From: Candidatus Latescibacterota bacterium
GTDB taxonomy: Bacteria; Latescibacterota; UBA2968; UBA8231
Assembly (NCBI GenBank): GCA_965261395.1
Contig: OZ253462.1
Coordinates: forward strand, 3,008,001 to 3,072,000
Direction: 5' to 3'
Length of the DNA: 64,000 bases
Shown: in pieces, positions 30,191 through 39,101 of the stretch
Position numbering within the stretch: the stretch's first letter is position 1
Layout of the letters: every line of letters begins with the position of its first letter
The notes under the pieces: model-generated
What the model was told of the DNA's origin: nothing
Seen by the model: the letters and a program-made list of their open reading frames with translations, nothing else
Database searches by the model: none
Made by a program: the position numbers and the translations under genes

Positions 30191-30916
30191 ATGGAACCCA
30201 TACAGATTTCGCTGGTGACGCCCACGTACAACGAGCGGGAAAATTTGCTGCTGTTGGCCGAAGAAATCTTCGCAATCGTCGGCCAACAGCCGGATATCGA
30301 CTTGGAACTCATCGTGGTAGATGACAACTCGCCCGACGGCACCGGCGAGGTGGCCGAGTCGCTGAAGGCCCACTATCCTGTACAGGTGGTCCATCGGGCG
30401 GGCAAGCTCGGCTTGGGGTCGGCGGTGATGGCGGGTTTCGCGCAGTCGGCGCGGCCGCATCTCGGGGTGATGGACGCCGACTTGAGCCACGACCCGGCGA
30501 TCCTGCCCGAGCTCGTTCGCAGTCTGCGCGAATGCGATATTGCCATGGGCAGCCGCTTTGGAGCTACCAGCCGAGTCGAACAGTGGGCTTGGCACCGCAA
30601 GTTGATTTCGCAAGTCGGCGTGGGCGCGGCTCGCCTGCTAACCGGGGTCGAGGACCCGCTGTCGGGTTATTTCTGTCTCCGCCGCCAAGTGATACAGGAC
30701 TTAGTGCTCACGTCCTCGGGCTACAAAATTTTGCTCGAAATTTTGGTCAAGGGCCGCTATCAGCAGCATCGGTCCGTGCCTTTCGTCTTCCGCAACCGCC
30801 AGTTCAGCTCCAGCAAGCTGGACCTGCGCGAGTATTTGCTCTTTGCCAAACAGATCCTCTACTTCAGCGGCTACAAGCTCATGGGCCGCCTGCGAGGTGC
30901 TAGATCGTGCGACTGA
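30191..30916 (+). CDS. Polyprenol monophosphomannose synthase-like GT2 glycosyltransferase
   Basis: PTYNERENL, VDDNSPDGT, MDADLSHDP, DPLSGYF, GYKILLE. Confidence 0.9.
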   Translation: MEPIQISLVTPTYNERENLLLLAEEIFAIVGQQPDIDLELIVVDDNSPDGTGEVAESLKAHYPVQVVHRAGKLGLGSAVMAGFAQSARPHLGVMDADLSHDPAILPELVRSLRECDIAMGSRFGATSRVEQWAWHRKLISQVGVGAARLLTGVEDPLSGYFCLRRQVIQDLVLTSSGYKILLEILVKGRYQQHRSVPFVFRNRQFSSSKLDLREYLLFAKQILYFSGYKLMGRLRGARSCD

Positions 30917-32589
30917 GCGTCGTCTTCCTCAGCTACAATACCCGTGACCTGACTCGACAGGCCCTCAGTTCTGTGCTTGCAGCAGCCGAAGGTCTAGAGA
31001 TGGAGATCTTCGTCGTTGACAATGCCTCGGCAGACGGCAGTGCCGACATGGTGGCCGAGGAGTTCCCGCAAGTGAAGCTCATTTGCAACGCAGCCAATGT
31101 GGGTTTTTCGGCCGGCAACAACGTGGCCCTGCGGCAGGTGACCGGAGAATACGCACTGCTGATCAACACCGATACCATTGTGCGCCGAGATGCGCTGCGC
31201 ACAATGGTAGAGTTTTTGGACGCGCACCCGGAAGCCGGAGCCTGCGGGTGCAAGATCCTCGACCCGGATGGCACCTTGCAGCTCGACAGCCGCCGCGGCT
31301 TTCCCACGCCATTGGCTGCCTTCTGCAAGATGTCGGGCTTGAGCCGCCTCTTTCCCAAGCACCCGCTCATCGCCCACTACCACATGACGTATCTCGACCC
31401 CGAGCAAACGGCCGAGGTCGAGGTGCTGTCGGGTTCCTGCATGATGGTGAGAAAGTCGGCCATGGACCAAGTCGGCCTACTCGACGAGGACTACTTCATG
31501 TACGGCGAGGACATCGACTGGTGCTATCGCTTCCACCAAGCCGGCTGGAAGATCTACTACGTGCCGACGACCGAGATCATCCACTTTCGCGGCGAGAGCG
31601 GCCGGGGGACGCCCCTGAAAATTCTCTATCGCAAGAGCCGCGCCATGTCGATTTTTGTCAACAAGCACATGGCGCGGCGCTATCGCTTCTTCCCGCTGTG
31701 GCTTTTGCAGGTGGGCATTGCCCTGCACGGGATGTTCCGCTTCCTCGCCCGGGCGGGCCGCACCTTGGCCATGCCCCTGATAGACGCCGGCTTGGTACTC
31801 TGCGGCCTGAAGCTGGGTTTAGCGGTGCGCTACCACCAAGATCTGGTATCCTTCATCTACCGCGTTGAGCAGGTCGGCAACCTCTTCGGCTTCGACGTCC
31901 AGCCGACGCGCTGGCTGGTGCCGCCTCCGTACTCGGATTTGCAATGGGCTGCTGTGTACGGTGCTTCGACCTTGGTCTGGCTGTTGGCGTTTTACGCGTC
32001 GGGCTTGTACGACCGCCGCCGCTACTCAGTGGCGTGGTCGGTGGTGGGTGTGACGCTGGGGTTTGCCTGCATCGTGATGCTGGTCTTCTTCTTTAAGGCA
32101 TACAACTTCTCGCGGCTGGCCGTGGTCGCGGCTTGGTTTTGCAACTTGGTGTTAATCGCCGGTTGGCGCTTGGTCGCGCGTTGGTTTCTGCACCAGCGCG
32201 GCCGCGAGGGCCGGCTGCGCACCCTGCTGGTGGGAACCGATGCGGTCGCAGTGGATTTCGTCGCGCAGCTAGAGCGAGCGGGTATGGCCCACTGCAATCT
32301 GATCGGCGTGGTGGGAGAGGTTCCCGAGCAGCGCGATCGCCCGCTGGCCGGTCGCCCGGTGGTCGGTCACGTTGGCGAGCTGGAGGAGCTGGTGAACGAC
32401 TTTGCCATCGATCACCTCGTGTTCACCCCGAGTGCCATGGCGTCGTTCTTAGAGCAGCCAGTGCAGTCGCAGGGGTCGCGAGGTTTGTGCGTTAGCATGG
32501 TGCCGATTGCGTTTGCCGAGATGGTTGCCGATCGCGGCGCACACGGCTCTGCGCCCCTGCCCCTCGTGGAGATTAGGAGGGGCAGTTGA
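30907..32589 (+). CDS. GT2 glycosyltransferase fused to a WcaJ-type TM and CoA-binding-like region
   Basis: VDNASADGS, GFSAGNN, FMYGEDIDWC; C-terminal TMs, YNFSR, TLLVG. Confidence 0.85.
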   Translation: MRLSVVFLSYNTRDLTRQALSSVLAAAEGLEMEIFVVDNASADGSADMVAEEFPQVKLICNAANVGFSAGNNVALRQVTGEYALLINTDTIVRRDALRTMVEFLDAHPEAGACGCKILDPDGTLQLDSRRGFPTPLAAFCKMSGLSRLFPKHPLIAHYHMTYLDPEQTAEVEVLSGSCMMVRKSAMDQVGLLDEDYFMYGEDIDWCYRFHQAGWKIYYVPTTEIIHFRGESGRGTPLKILYRKSRAMSIFVNKHMARRYRFFPLWLLQVGIALHGMFRFLARAGRTLAMPLIDAGLVLCGLKLGLAVRYHQDLVSFIYRVEQVGNLFGFDVQPTRWLVPPPYSDLQWAAVYGASTLVWLLAFYASGLYDRRRYSVAWSVVGVTLGFACIVMLVFFFKAYNFSRLAVVAAWFCNLVLIAGWRLVARWFLHQRGREGRLRTLLVGTDAVAVDFVAQLERAGMAHCNLIGVVGEVPEQRDRPLAGRPVVGHVGELEELVNDFAIDHLVFTPSAMASFLEQPVQSQGSRGLCVSMVPIAFAEMVADRGAHGSAPLPLVEIRRGS

Positions 32590-32600
32590 GTCGGGTAGTG

Positions 32601-32629
32601 TTGATTTCTTGCCTTTATTTACGTATTGT
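32601..32629 (+). promoter_or_regulatory. Putative sigma70 promoter TTGATT-N17-TATTGT
   Basis: Intergenic, upstream of the GGGAG SD. Confidence 0.45.
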
Positions 32630-32658
32630 GAACGCGAGCATTCGCTGGGAGAATAACT

Positions 32659-33360
32659 ATGTCTGAGATGCGTTTGGCAGGCGGTCGGGAGATCGTGTTG
32701 CCGATGAGCAGAGCAGTGGAAATTAGTTTTCGCAGCCTGAAAATTCGCTTTGGCCGCTCGCTGATCACCACTAGCGGCGTGGTTCTGGCCATTGCCTTTT
32801 TAATGTCGGTGTGGAGCAGCAACGAAATCGTCAGTAGTCTGCGGAGCGCGGACAAAAGCGAGATCAACTTGCTGTTGCAAAAAAACGGCATTGAGACCGG
32901 CGTCACCGAGGCCGGTGACGCTTCCGCAGAGGCCGAGGCCCGCCTACAGGAAGAGCGATCCAAGCAGACTTGGCTCATTAGTCTCTCGCTCTTGGTCTGC
33001 GTCGTCGGCATTGCCAACGCTATGTTGATGTCGGTGACCGAGCGGTTCCGCGAGATCGGCACCATGAAGTGCCTTGGGGCCTTGGACACCTTTATTGTCA
33101 AGCTCTTCCTCCTCGAATCGACCTTTCAGGGGTTGGCGGGAACTTCGGCGGGGATCATCATCGGCTTCGCGCTGACGCTGGGGTTGGCGCTGCTTGATTA
33201 CGGCGGCTACGCGCTGGCCTATTTCCCGCTGGGCGGCATCGTCGAATCGGCCGGTTACGCCTTGGTGGTGGGGACCCTGCTTTCGCTAGTCGGCGCCATG
33301 TTGCCGGCGTATCGCGCAGCCAAGATGGAGCCGGTCGAGGCCATGCGTTCCGACACTTGA
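32659..33360 (+). CDS. FtsX/MacB-type ABC transporter permease, short
   Basis: GIANAMLMSVTERFREIGTMKCLGA; PAYRAAKMEPVEAMR. Confidence 0.9.
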   Translation: MSEMRLAGGREIVLPMSRAVEISFRSLKIRFGRSLITTSGVVLAIAFLMSVWSSNEIVSSLRSADKSEINLLLQKNGIETGVTEAGDASAEAEARLQEERSKQTWLISLSLLVCVVGIANAMLMSVTERFREIGTMKCLGALDTFIVKLFLLESTFQGLAGTSAGIIIGFALTLGLALLDYGGYALAYFPLGGIVESAGYALVVGTLLSLVGAMLPAYRAAKMEPVEAMRSDT

Positions 33361-33380
33361 TTCCTTAGAGGAGATCTGAA

Positions 33381-34151
33381 ATGACCGCAACCGCCCCGGG
33401 CGAGGTCGCTGTCCAAGAAGCGGAAAAACGCACGGTAGTACGGACTCAGCAGGTAAAGAAAATTTACTTGATGGGCGAGATTGAGGTTCACGCCCTGCGC
33501 GGGGTGGACATGGAGATCTACACCGGCGAGTACCTGTCGATCATGGGGCCTTCGGGCTCGGGCAAGAGCACTTTCTTCAACATGGTCGGCGGACTCGACA
33601 AGCCCACGGAGGGCAAGGTGTACATCGACGAAGTGGACGTCGCCCAGCTCGACGCGTATGAGCTGGCTTGGCTGCGCTGCCGCAAGATCGGCTACATCTT
33701 CCAGTCGTTCAACTTGATCCCGGTGATGACCGCGCTCGAAAACGTCACCTTGCCGATGGTCTTCGCTGGCCTGACCAGCGACGAGGCCCGCGACAAGGGC
33801 ATGGAGTTGTTGGGCAAGGTGGGCCTTGGCGAGCGGTACTCGCACAAGCCCTACGAGCTTTCGGGTGGCCAGCAGCAGCGCGTGGCCGTCGCTCGCGCCT
33901 TGGCCAACGACCCAGCCGTCGTCCTCGCCGACGAGCCGACGGGGAATCTGGACCTGCGCACGGGCACCGAAATCATCGAATTGCTCAAAGAGATGAACGA
34001 GAATTCCGGTGTGACGGTCATCTCGGCGACCCATGACCACAAGATGCTCAGCGTTTCCGACCGCGTGGTGTGGATCAAGGACGGCCAAGTCGATCACGTG
34101 CGCAAACGCGAAGAGCTCGATATCGAAGTAACTCAGGTAGAAGGCGAGTAG
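33381..34151 (+). CDS. ABC transporter ATP-binding protein (LolD/MacB-like)
   Basis: GPSGSGKST, LSGGQQQRVA, LADEPTGNLD, ATHD. Confidence 0.95.
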   Translation: MTATAPGEVAVQEAEKRTVVRTQQVKKIYLMGEIEVHALRGVDMEIYTGEYLSIMGPSGSGKSTFFNMVGGLDKPTEGKVYIDEVDVAQLDAYELAWLRCRKIGYIFQSFNLIPVMTALENVTLPMVFAGLTSDEARDKGMELLGKVGLGERYSHKPYELSGGQQQRVAVARALANDPAVVLADEPTGNLDLRTGTEIIELLKEMNENSGVTVISATHDHKMLSVSDRVVWIKDGQVDHVRKREELDIEVTQVEGE

Positions 34152-34939
34152 TGCTGCCGACCTACCCGCCCGCCTTCTGGGTCTGCGCGGTGGGGGCAGT
34201 GTTATTGATGGGGGTGGCCAAGGCCGGCTTTGGCGGCGGCATCGGGATTTTGGCCACCCCGCTTTTGGCGCTGATGGTTTCGGTAGCGGACGCGGTGGCC
34301 CTGTTGTTGCCGCTGTTGATTGCCTGTGATGTGTTCGCCGTCCGGCACTACCGCCGCACCTTTGACAAAACGAGCGTCCAACGGCTCCTGCCCGGTTCTG
34401 TCTTGGGGATCGGCGCTGGGGCTTTTTTTTTCGGCTACTTCAGTCAGCACGAGCGCGTCCTAGAGGTGGGCTTGGGCTGCATGGCCTTGCTGTTTGTCGC
34501 ATTCCAGTTCGGGCGGGCGGCGATTGTCGGAGCCGTGCGGAAGCAGCGCCCGGGGCCACTCGCTGGCGTGGTGATGGGCGCAATCTCGGGCTTTACCTCG
34601 ACAATTGCCCACGCCGGGGCACCGCCGGTGGTCATCTACCTGCTGCCGCAGCAGCTATCGCGCCACGTCTTCGTCGGCACCACGGTCATCTTCTTCGCCG
34701 CGCTCAACTTGCTCAAACTGCCGCCCTATTGGGGCTTGGGGCTTTTTCACGCCGACATTTTTAAGACCACTTTGCTGCTGGCTCCGCTGGCATACGCCGG
34801 GGTGAAATTGGGCGTGTTTTTGAATCAGCGGTTTAGCGACGTGTGGTTCAATCGAGTGGTGTATGGGATGTTGCTGGCGACGGCGGTGCAGTTGATTACC
34901 GGAGATAATTTACTGGAGGAAATGCTCAATGGACGATAG
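34151..34939 (+). CDS. TauE/SafE family sulfite exporter
   Basis: GVAKAGFGGG, SGFTSTIAHAGAPP, NLLKLPPY; GTG abutting the upstream stop. Confidence 0.85.
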   Translation: MLPTYPPAFWVCAVGAVLLMGVAKAGFGGGIGILATPLLALMVSVADAVALLLPLLIACDVFAVRHYRRTFDKTSVQRLLPGSVLGIGAGAFFFGYFSQHERVLEVGLGCMALLFVAFQFGRAAIVGAVRKQRPGPLAGVVMGAISGFTSTIAHAGAPPVVIYLLPQQLSRHVFVGTTVIFFAALNLLKLPPYWGLGLFHADIFKTTLLLAPLAYAGVKLGVFLNQRFSDVWFNRVVYGMLLATAVQLITGDNLLEEMLNGR

Positions 34940-35882
34940 ACCCTATTCCCGCCGCACCTTCCTCAAACTCTCGACCGCGGCGGCCGCCGGCCTTTCTATA
35001 AGCGCCGCTCCAAACCACAGCGACATGCCCCGCCGAATTTTGGGCCGCACCGGCGAAGCCGTTTCCCTGCTCGGCTTGGGCGGCGCGCATATAGCCCACT
35101 ACGGCAACATGGAAGAAAAGGCGGCCATCGCCTTGATGCACGCGGCCATCGACGAGGGGATCAACTTCTTCGACAATGCTTGGGGCTACTCCGACGGCGA
35201 GAGTGAGATACGCATGGGCAAGGCGTTGAGCGGCGGCCATCGCGACCGCGTATTTCTAATGACCAAGGACACGAGCCGCCACCCCAAGAGGGCGATTGCC
35301 CACCTCGAAGAGAGCTTGCGCCGGCTGCAAACCGACGCGATTGACCTCTGGCAGTTTCACAGTATCAGACAGCCCGACGACCCAGAGCGGATTTACGAGC
35401 AGGGCCTGCTAGAGGCCGCGCTTAAAGCGAAAGAGGAGGGCAAGATCCGCTACATCGGCTTCACCGGCCATACCTTGCCCGCTCTGCACGTGGAGATGAT
35501 CGAGCGCGGCTTTGCTTGGGACGCCACGCAAATGCCGATCAACGTGTTCGACCCGCACTACCTCAGCTTTGTCGAGCAGGTGCTGCCGGTCGCAGTAGAA
35601 AAAAACATCGGGGTCATCGCCATGAAGACCTTGGCGGGTTCGCCCGGAGCGATCCTCGCAACGGGTGCGGCAACGGCGGCAGAATGCTTGCGCTACGCCA
35701 TGAGCCTGCCGGTGACTACCGTGTGCTCCGGGATGGATTCGCTGGAAAAGCTGCGGCAGAATGCGGACATCGCTCGCCAGTTCGCGCCCTTGGCCGACGA
35801 CGAGCAACTCGCGCTTTTATCGCGCACGGAAGAGCTAGGGGCGCAGGGCGCACACGAATCGTACAAGGCTCGCCAACCCTGA
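34929..35882 (+). CDS. Aldo/keto reductase with a Tat signal
   Basis: SRRTFLK; FFDNAWGY..GESE, MTK, IDLWQFH, IGFTGH. Confidence 0.9.
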   Translation: MDDRPYSRRTFLKLSTAAAAGLSISAAPNHSDMPRRILGRTGEAVSLLGLGGAHIAHYGNMEEKAAIALMHAAIDEGINFFDNAWGYSDGESEIRMGKALSGGHRDRVFLMTKDTSRHPKRAIAHLEESLRRLQTDAIDLWQFHSIRQPDDPERIYEQGLLEAALKAKEEGKIRYIGFTGHTLPALHVEMIERGFAWDATQMPINVFDPHYLSFVEQVLPVAVEKNIGVIAMKTLAGSPGAILATGAATAAECLRYAMSLPVTTVCSGMDSLEKLRQNADIARQFAPLADDEQLALLSRTEELGAQGAHESYKARQP

Positions 35883-35887
35883 TCGTC

Positions 35888-38872
35888 GTGCGCCATATTT
35901 TTTTCTTCCTCTTTTTTGCTGTACCTCTGTGGGGACAAGACCTAGGTTCCGCTCCGGTCAAACCCGCTGGTCCTCCCAAGATGGAAAGTGCGCTGTGGGA
36001 ACTGGCCGCGCCCTCGGCGGCCAAGCCGACCCGCGCCGCAGACGGCTCAGATGTGGTCGTCATTTTGGTCCCTGCCGGGGGAGTGGCGGCCACTATTGAC
36101 ACTGCGTCTTTTGCCGACCTCGGCGTCGCAATCTTGGCTCGGTCCAAGAGCCTGATGCGCGTGTCGGTGCCGACCGCATCACTGCGGGCGGTATCTGAGT
36201 TGCCGAGCGTGGCCTTTGTCCGCAGGCCGTACCGTCCGCACTCGCAACAAACCCTTAGCGAGGGCTTAGCTCGCATCCGCGCGCTCGAACATCACGTCGC
36301 TGGGGCGAAGGGCCAAGGGGTCAAGGTGGCGATTATCGACGGCGGATTTAAGGGGGCCGATAAATTAAAGGAAGACATGCCGTCGCGTTGGTGGCACCGC
36401 GACTATACGGGCGCGGGGATATACGCTGGTACGGACGCCCACGGCACGGCGTGTGCCGAGATCATCCACGACGTGGCCCCGGAAGCTGAACTCTATCTGT
36501 ACAAGGTCGAGGATATAGTGGATATGGAGAATGCCAAAGACCGCTGCATACAAAACGGAGTCGCCATCGTAAACTACTCGGCGACTTGGGTGAACGAGGG
36601 CTTTGGGGACGGGCGCGGGATCATCTGCGACATCGTAAATGACGCGGCCGACAACGGCATTCTCTGGGTCAACGCCGTTGGCAACTACGCCCACAAGCAC
36701 TACGCGGGTTTTTGGCACGATAGCGACGCCGACGATCGGCACAATTTTGCCGCTGGCGACGACGCAGTGAATTTTGTCGCCGAGATCGGTGACTTCGTAA
36801 GAGTGACGCTGACTTGGGACGATTGGCCCACCACCACGGCGGACTACGACCTCTATCTCTACCATCAAGACGCATTCGGCAACATCAAGGAAGTCGCCAA
36901 AAGCACAGATGTTCAGGGGGACGGCGGCGCTCCTGTGGAGTTTATAGAATACTTTGCCGTGCAAGAGGGCACGTATGGCATTTCCGTCGTCCGCGTCGGC
37001 GAGGCAGAGCCCAAGAAGCTGCGAGTGTGGTCTTGGCACCACGACATCGAATATCCGGTCCCAGCTAGCAGCTTGGGGATTCCGTCGGACGCTCGCGGTG
37101 CGCTGAGCGTTGGGGCGATCCACCACGACCAATGGGATTTGGGCATACTGGCAAGCTATAGCTCGCGCGGCCCCACCGCCGATGGCCGCATCAAGCCCGA
37201 CCTCGTCGCGCCTTCGGGCGTGACAACGGCTTCTTACGGTGCAGATAAGTTGTTTGGGGGGACCTCGGCTGCGGCTCCTCATGTGGCCGGCGCGGCCGCC
37301 CTGCTCAAATCGGCCAATCCTTCGCTCTCGCGCGACGATCTGTGGAATGCCCTCGTCGAGGCCACCGTCGATTTGGGAGCACCGGGCAAGGACGACAGCA
37401 CGGGATACGGCAAACTCGTGTTGTCGGTTTCAGCGCCGCAAATTACGAGCGTCTCGCCTGCCCGCGCTCAATACCGCCAAACCGTTACCATCGTCGGCCA
37501 GGATTTCGGCGGTACCAAAGGGACGAGCAAAGTGGTCTTTTTTGCGGGAAAGGAACCGAGCGATTCCGACTATCTCACTTGGAGCGATGTGCAGATCCAA
37601 GTGCGCGTGCCAACCGGCGCGCGCACCGGCAAGGTGCAGGTGATAACCGGCGGCGGCAGCGACAGTGCGCAGGTAGTCGTCACATCCCCTTACATTGATG
37701 CGATCACCAATCACACGCGCATGGATGCGGGGGCCAAGACAGACGATCTCATCCAAATTACCGGGGACAATTTCGGCATCTCGCGGGACAGCAGTTCCGT
37801 GTGGATTGATTCGGTCGCGGTGTCTTCGTTTGAGGCTTGGTCGGATAAGACGATACGGTTCCGCGTTCCACTCAATGTGCCCTCGGGCGACGTGACCGTT
37901 GCGACGCTTGAAGGCACCAGCAATGCCGTCCGCATGGAAATCGCCAGCCCATACCTAGTGCAACTTGCGCCAGCGCAAGTACAGGCTGGCGAGTACCTGA
38001 AGTTGACCGGCGGTAACTTTGGCCAGGAGCGCGGCACGGGGTACGTTTTGTTTAACCCCAATGTGCAAGCGGCGGCTGACGATTATGCGGTCTGGTCCAG
38101 CGGCGTCATCGTCGTCCGAGTCCCGTCTCAGGCCCGCAGTGGCGCGGTGCAGGTTTTCACCGCCGATGGAGCCACCGGGGCTACGCACGTTGAGATTGGC
38201 AGCGAATGGCTAGAGCCGCTGCCGAGCAGTGGGATTTTCGGCTATAGCCCACCCACAGTTAGCAAAAATCCCAAAAACGTCAAGTTCGGTTTTGAAGGCA
38301 TCAATAGCGATGTCCTGTGCCAATTTTCGACCAAGGAAATAAGCGACAACGAGGTCGTCGTTTTCCTCAACGAACAAAGGTACGAAGTGCTCCTAGCCGG
38401 AGAGGATTGGCGGACTTGGTGTCTGGTCCTCGATGAAACATACCTTCAGTCTGGTCAAAACGTCATCGAGTTCCGCAATATCATCAACCAAGACCGCGCG
38501 GCATCCTTCGTCCGCTGGCAGTTGAAGGACGTGGTAGTGCTGTGGAAGCCGTTTAGCGCTAAGCTCGCCGCCGGGACGCGGCTTCTATCCAAGTTGCCGG
38601 ATGGTTTGGGCGATCCCTTTCCCACGCCGTTCAACGCCGAAGTTACCATTCCCTTTACCTTGGCCGAGGCCGGCCCCGTGCAGATTTCCGTCTATAATTT
38701 GATGGGACAGCAGGTTCGCGTGTTGGCCGATGGCTGGGTGGCTGCTGGTGCGCACCGCGTGCGTTGGGACGGTCGCACGGCTGCGGGTACAGAGGCTGCT
38801 TCGGGGGTCTATTGGGCCGTGTTGCAAGCCGGTGGTGTCGTTCAAACGGCCAAAGTGGCGTTGATTCGCTGA
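35888..38872 (+). CDS. Secreted S8 subtilase with three IPT/TIG domains and an FlgD-Ig C-terminal domain (paralog 1)
   Basis: Signal peptide from GTG 35888; triad VAIIDGG / HGTACAE / GTSAAAPHVAG; PTPFNAE C-terminal domain. Confidence 0.9.
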   Translation: MRHIFFFLFFAVPLWGQDLGSAPVKPAGPPKMESALWELAAPSAAKPTRAADGSDVVVILVPAGGVAATIDTASFADLGVAILARSKSLMRVSVPTASLRAVSELPSVAFVRRPYRPHSQQTLSEGLARIRALEHHVAGAKGQGVKVAIIDGGFKGADKLKEDMPSRWWHRDYTGAGIYAGTDAHGTACAEIIHDVAPEAELYLYKVEDIVDMENAKDRCIQNGVAIVNYSATWVNEGFGDGRGIICDIVNDAADNGILWVNAVGNYAHKHYAGFWHDSDADDRHNFAAGDDAVNFVAEIGDFVRVTLTWDDWPTTTADYDLYLYHQDAFGNIKEVAKSTDVQGDGGAPVEFIEYFAVQEGTYGISVVRVGEAEPKKLRVWSWHHDIEYPVPASSLGIPSDARGALSVGAIHHDQWDLGILASYSSRGPTADGRIKPDLVAPSGVTTASYGADKLFGGTSAAAPHVAGAAALLKSANPSLSRDDLWNALVEATVDLGAPGKDDSTGYGKLVLSVSAPQITSVSPARAQYRQTVTIVGQDFGGTKGTSKVVFFAGKEPSDSDYLTWSDVQIQVRVPTGARTGKVQVITGGGSDSAQVVVTSPYIDAITNHTRMDAGAKTDDLIQITGDNFGISRDSSSVWIDSVAVSSFEAWSDKTIRFRVPLNVPSGDVTVATLEGTSNAVRMEIASPYLVQLAPAQVQAGEYLKLTGGNFGQERGTGYVLFNPNVQAAADDYAVWSSGVIVVRVPSQARSGAVQVFTADGATGATHVEIGSEWLEPLPSSGIFGYSPPTVSKNPKNVKFGFEGINSDVLCQFSTKEISDNEVVVFLNEQRYEVLLAGEDWRTWCLVLDETYLQSGQNVIEFRNIINQDRAASFVRWQLKDVVVLWKPFSAKLAAGTRLLSKLPDGLGDPFPTPFNAEVTIPFTLAEAGPVQISVYNLMGQQVRVLADGWVAAGAHRVRWDGRTAAGTEAASGVYWAVLQAGGVVQTAKVALIR

Positions 38873-38903
38873 GTCGAATAGTGCCTACCGCAAATTCCTT
38901 GAT

Positions 38904-38931
38904 TTGACGCCTCGTTTTGAGGGCGTATTAT
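38904..38931 (+). promoter_or_regulatory. Putative sigma70 promoter TTGACG-N16-TATTAT with an imperfect inverted repeat in the spacer
   Basis: Read directly; ACGCCTC...GAGGGCGT. Confidence 0.45.
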
Positions 38932-39004
38932 AGCTCCATCGCACTCAGCATGACCGGCAAACATAGTACTATCACCTGTCATGCTGAGCGCAGCGAAGCA
39001 TCTC
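38931..39004. repeat. REP-like inverted doublet: GTCATGCTGAGCGCAGCGAAGCATCTC plus a degenerate inverted copy
   Basis: CTCAGCATGAC (38944-38954) is the exact reverse complement of GTCATGCTGAG (38978-38988). Confidence 0.65.
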
Positions 39005-39052
39005 ATACCGCTTCTACTGTCATGTACGTAGGCCGCTGCCAATCCGCGTTGG

Positions 39053-39069
39053 TTGGCATACCACCTGCT
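39053..39069 (+). promoter_or_regulatory. Putative sigma54 -24/-12 promoter TTGGCATACCACCTGCT
   Basis: GG-N10-GC spacing is exact; TGGCA and TGCT match the consensus; about 30 nt before the start codon. Confidence 0.65.
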
Positions 39070-39101
39070 ATATACACCCACCCCTAAAACATGGAGCGAC
39101 G

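Noticed and set aside
35516-35887. N-terminal extension of the 1118-aa ORF
   Set aside because: Overlaps the aldo/keto reductase in another frame; the signal peptide starts at GTG 35888
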